The notes below the pieces were generated by a model that ran no database searches, was not told where the DNA came from, and was given only the letters and a program-made list of their open reading frames with translations. This document shows, piece by piece, positions 61,721-64,000 of a stretch of 64,000 bases of DNA (its first letter is position 1; every line of letters starts with the position of its first letter). Made by a program: the position numbers and the translations under genes. The DNA comes from Myxococcota bacterium (GTDB taxonomy: Bacteria; Myxococcota_A; UBA796; JAJRTE01), in assembly GCA_024278455.1 (NCBI GenBank), contig JAJRTE010000082.1:16026-80025 (forward strand), given 5' to 3'.

Positions 61721-63655
61721 ATGTCGCCCAACCACCGTTCTGGAATCGCAAGCGTCTCTCCTTTCCCGTTTCTCCTGCTTCTCCTCGTCACTCAAGGCTG
61801 TGGCTCCGGCACCGACGCCGACGGCGACGGTTGGACGGTGGAAGATGGGGACTGCGTCGACATGAACGCCGAGATCAACCCCGACGCGACCGAGGTATGC
61901 GATGACATCGACAACGATTGCGACGGGCTCATCGACGAGGGCGTGCCCACCACGCTGTGGTATTTCGACGAGGACGGCGACGGCCATGGCACCCCGGAAT
62001 CCACCGTGGACACGTGCCAACAGCCGAAGCGCTACGTGGCCATCGGCGACGACTGCGACGACCAGGAACCGGCGGCGTTTCCAGGCAACCTCGAGGTCTG
62101 CGACGGGGTGGACAACGACTGCGACGGTGCGCGGGACGACGGTCTGGTGGTCGTTGCCTGGTACACCGACGCGGACGGAGACGGGTTCGGAGTGGACGGG
62201 GACAGTTCCTACAGTTGCTTCCAGCCAGAAGGGTCCGCCCCTGCTCGAGGTGACTGCGACGATACCGACCCGGCCGTTTTCCCCGGCGCCCCTGATGCCT
62301 CCGGTGACGGACTCGACACCGATTGTGGTGGCAGCGACACGCAAGACCCTCATGTCGGCCTGTCATCCGATTCCTATGCTTCGATTCAAGACGCGATCCT
62401 GGCAGCACGGGACGGAACCACCGTGTGGGTCGGACCAGGCACGTATCACGCATACGAAATCTCCTTTGCGGGGCGGCCGGTCTCTCTCCGTGCCACCGAG
62501 GGGCCAGGGACCACCATCATCGATGCACAGTCACAGGGCCGCGTGTTCATGCTCAACAGCGGCGAAACCAGCGGCACGATGATCGACGGCTTCACACTGA
62601 CGGGGGGAGAAGCCACCCGTGGCGCCGGCATCCGCACCTACAGGACATCTCCCGTCCTGGTGAACCTCGTCGTCACCGGCAACCACGCGACGATCGACGG
62701 CGGCGGCATCAGCTCGTCGTTCGGCTCGCCTGTCTATCGCAACGTGCTGGTGGAGTCCAACAGCGCCGACAACGTCGGCGGCGGAGGACTGACCGACAGC
62801 TCGGCCAACGTGGTCCTCGAGGACGTCCGGTTTCGGGGCAACGAGGCCCTGGAAGCTGGAGGTCTCTATGCGAAGAATGTCACGCTCACCATGATTCGAG
62901 CGGGCTTCGAGGACAACGTGGCGACGCAAGGCGCCGGGAGGGGCGGCGGGCTGCTCGCCATCGATGCCTTGTCGATCGCCGGGACCCACTGGTGGTTCAA
63001 GGGAAACAGCGCCGCCTATGGGGGTGGCGCCTTCCTCTCGAACTCGGATCTCGTCGTTCAGAACAGCATGTTCCTCGACAACAACGCGGTCCAGGGAGGC
63101 GGCATCTACGTGGAGAGTTCCAGCCCGACGTGGCAAAACAGTGCGATCGTCGCCAACGTCGCGGACAACGGTGGTGGCATCTACGTGGCCGGCGACAGTG
63201 GATCGCCGCTCTTCGTCAATGTCATCATTGCCTACAACGGCTACGGCAACTTTTTTGACAACACCAGCGGCACGAGCACTCCCACCCTGTCCTGCTCGAG
63301 CCTCTACGCACCGGCAGGAGACTTAAACCACAACCTGCAAGACACGTCCGGGTTCAGTGTGGACGAGGAGCCTGTTTTCCTCCTGTATGACAGCGCCGGT
63401 AACCCAGCCGATCTTCACCTGGCCAGTTCATCGCCGCTTGTGGACGCCGGTTGTGCGGACATGGCCGACCCGGACGGGTCGCGTTCCGACATCGGGGCCT
63501 ACGGCGGCCCTGCGGGCGACGGATGGGACCGCGACGCCGACTGGTATCCTGACTACTTCTGGCCCGGGAATCCCACCGACGCCCCCGATGGGTTCGATCC
63601 CGCCGATTTCGACTGCGACGACTTGTCACCGGCCATCCAACAATGCACCGACTGA
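61721..63655 (+). CDS. lipoprotein with four MopE-like motifs and a right-handed parallel beta-helix domain
   Basis: TAGGAGGAAG RBS and lipobox 'FLLLLLVTQGC'. The motifs 'DADGDGWTVEDGDCVDMNAEINPDATEVCDDIDNDCDGLIDEG' occur four times. Beta-helix repeats follow (NxxxxxGGGI, 'GNHATIDGGGISS', 'ADNGGGIYVAG'). Confidence 0.75.
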   Translation: MSPNHRSGIASVSPFPFLLLLLVTQGCGSGTDADGDGWTVEDGDCVDMNAEINPDATEVCDDIDNDCDGLIDEGVPTTLWYFDEDGDGHGTPESTVDTCQQPKRYVAIGDDCDDQEPAAFPGNLEVCDGVDNDCDGARDDGLVVVAWYTDADGDGFGVDGDSSYSCFQPEGSAPARGDCDDTDPAVFPGAPDASGDGLDTDCGGSDTQDPHVGLSSDSYASIQDAILAARDGTTVWVGPGTYHAYEISFAGRPVSLRATEGPGTTIIDAQSQGRVFMLNSGETSGTMIDGFTLTGGEATRGAGIRTYRTSPVLVNLVVTGNHATIDGGGISSSFGSPVYRNVLVESNSADNVGGGGLTDSSANVVLEDVRFRGNEALEAGGLYAKNVTLTMIRAGFEDNVATQGAGRGGGLLAIDALSIAGTHWWFKGNSAAYGGGAFLSNSDLVVQNSMFLDNNAVQGGGIYVESSSPTWQNSAIVANVADNGGGIYVAGDSGSPLFVNVIIAYNGYGNFFDNTSGTSTPTLSCSSLYAPAGDLNHNLQDTSGFSVDEEPVFLLYDSAGNPADLHLASSSPLVDAGCADMADPDGSRSDIGAYGGPAGDGWDRDADWYPDYFWPGNPTDAPDGFDPADFDCDDLSPAIQQCTD

Positions 63656-63817
63656 GTTCCGGGCTGCCGGAGCGGCGCAGTTTTTTGCAACACACGGGGC
63701 GCTGTCGTGGTAGAGTCTTTATAAGACAGCCTCCCCGCGAGCGCCAGCAGCGGCTTCACTGCCGGTCATGGCCCGGGGAGGTTCGGCGTACGAAACAGCG
63801 GAGCGACCCCGACGACC

Positions 63818-64000
63818 ATGACCGCACCTTCCAGGTATCGAAACCCGTTGCCTACCGTCGACATCGTCATCGAGCAGGACGGCGGCGTCATCTTGGTGGA
63901 ACGCAGGAATCCACCCCGTGGCTGGGCGATTCCGGGCGGATTCGTCGACGAGGGGGAAACGGTGGAGCAGGCGGCGATACGGGAGGCGCGGGAAGAGACC
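63818..64000 (+). CDS. NUDIX hydrolase (5' partial, continues beyond window)
   Basis: Nudix box '[22 protein letters not shown]' (GX5EX7REUXEE). Truncated by the window end. Confidence 0.7.
   Translation, partial: MTAPSRYRNPLPTVDIVIEQDGGVILVERRNPPRGWAIPGGFVDEGETVEQAAIREAREET

Noticed and set aside
1-64000. Mobile elements, tRNA or rRNA
   Set aside because: No transposase or integrase motifs, inverted terminal repeats flanking genes, tRNA cloverleaf candidates or rRNA-like conserved stretches were noticed. Their absence cannot be proven without tRNAscan or Infernal.

Overview
This is a 64 kb high-GC (about 68-70%) chromosomal segment, most plausibly from an anaerobically capable member of Myxococcota. 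Supporting this are MYXO-CTERM-type C-terminal sorting signals, several MopE-like 'DxDGDGxxxxxGDCDD...NDCDG' metal-binding-motif proteins, an FG-GAP propeller giant, and a giant Ser/Thr kinase. No rRNA, tRNA, CRISPR, transposase or integrase was recognised, and no phage or defence island is evident. All domain calls rest on motif and pattern recognition by eye, with no searches run. The locus is dense with multi-domain envelope, redox and signalling genes.

Main blocks:
- A four-gene translationally coupled operon on the minus strand: octaheme cytochrome c, then a multiheme-c/dihaem-b fusion (CbcL-like), then a YeeE/YedE half-transporter, then YeeE/YedE fused to rhodanese.
- A rubrerythrin, CCG/Fe-S oxidoreductase and DUF3501 cluster.
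- A rapA SNF2 ATPase.
- A B12-binding radical SAM gene and an alpha/beta hydrolase.
- A 1225-aa secreted protein with 18 tandem 47-aa MopE-like repeats and a MYXO-CTERM tail.
- A 3077-aa FAAL-ACP-KS-AT-DH-KR-ACP-R megasynthase directly downstream of a 1717-aa STK-AAA-TPR-GAF-PP2C signalling giant.
- A pseudo-receiver/GHKL kinase, STAS and PAS-GGDEF partner-switch-like operon.
- A HesB/IscA-like gene with an in-frame TGA (probable selenocysteine) that ORF callers miss.
- Two GT-C membrane glycosyltransferases next to a giant sulfatase-family (Thr-nucleophile) lipoprotein.
- An EF-G paralog and a partial NUDIX gene.

Many long ORFs in the supplied six-frame track are antisense or alternate-frame artefacts of GC-rich DNA and were rejected.
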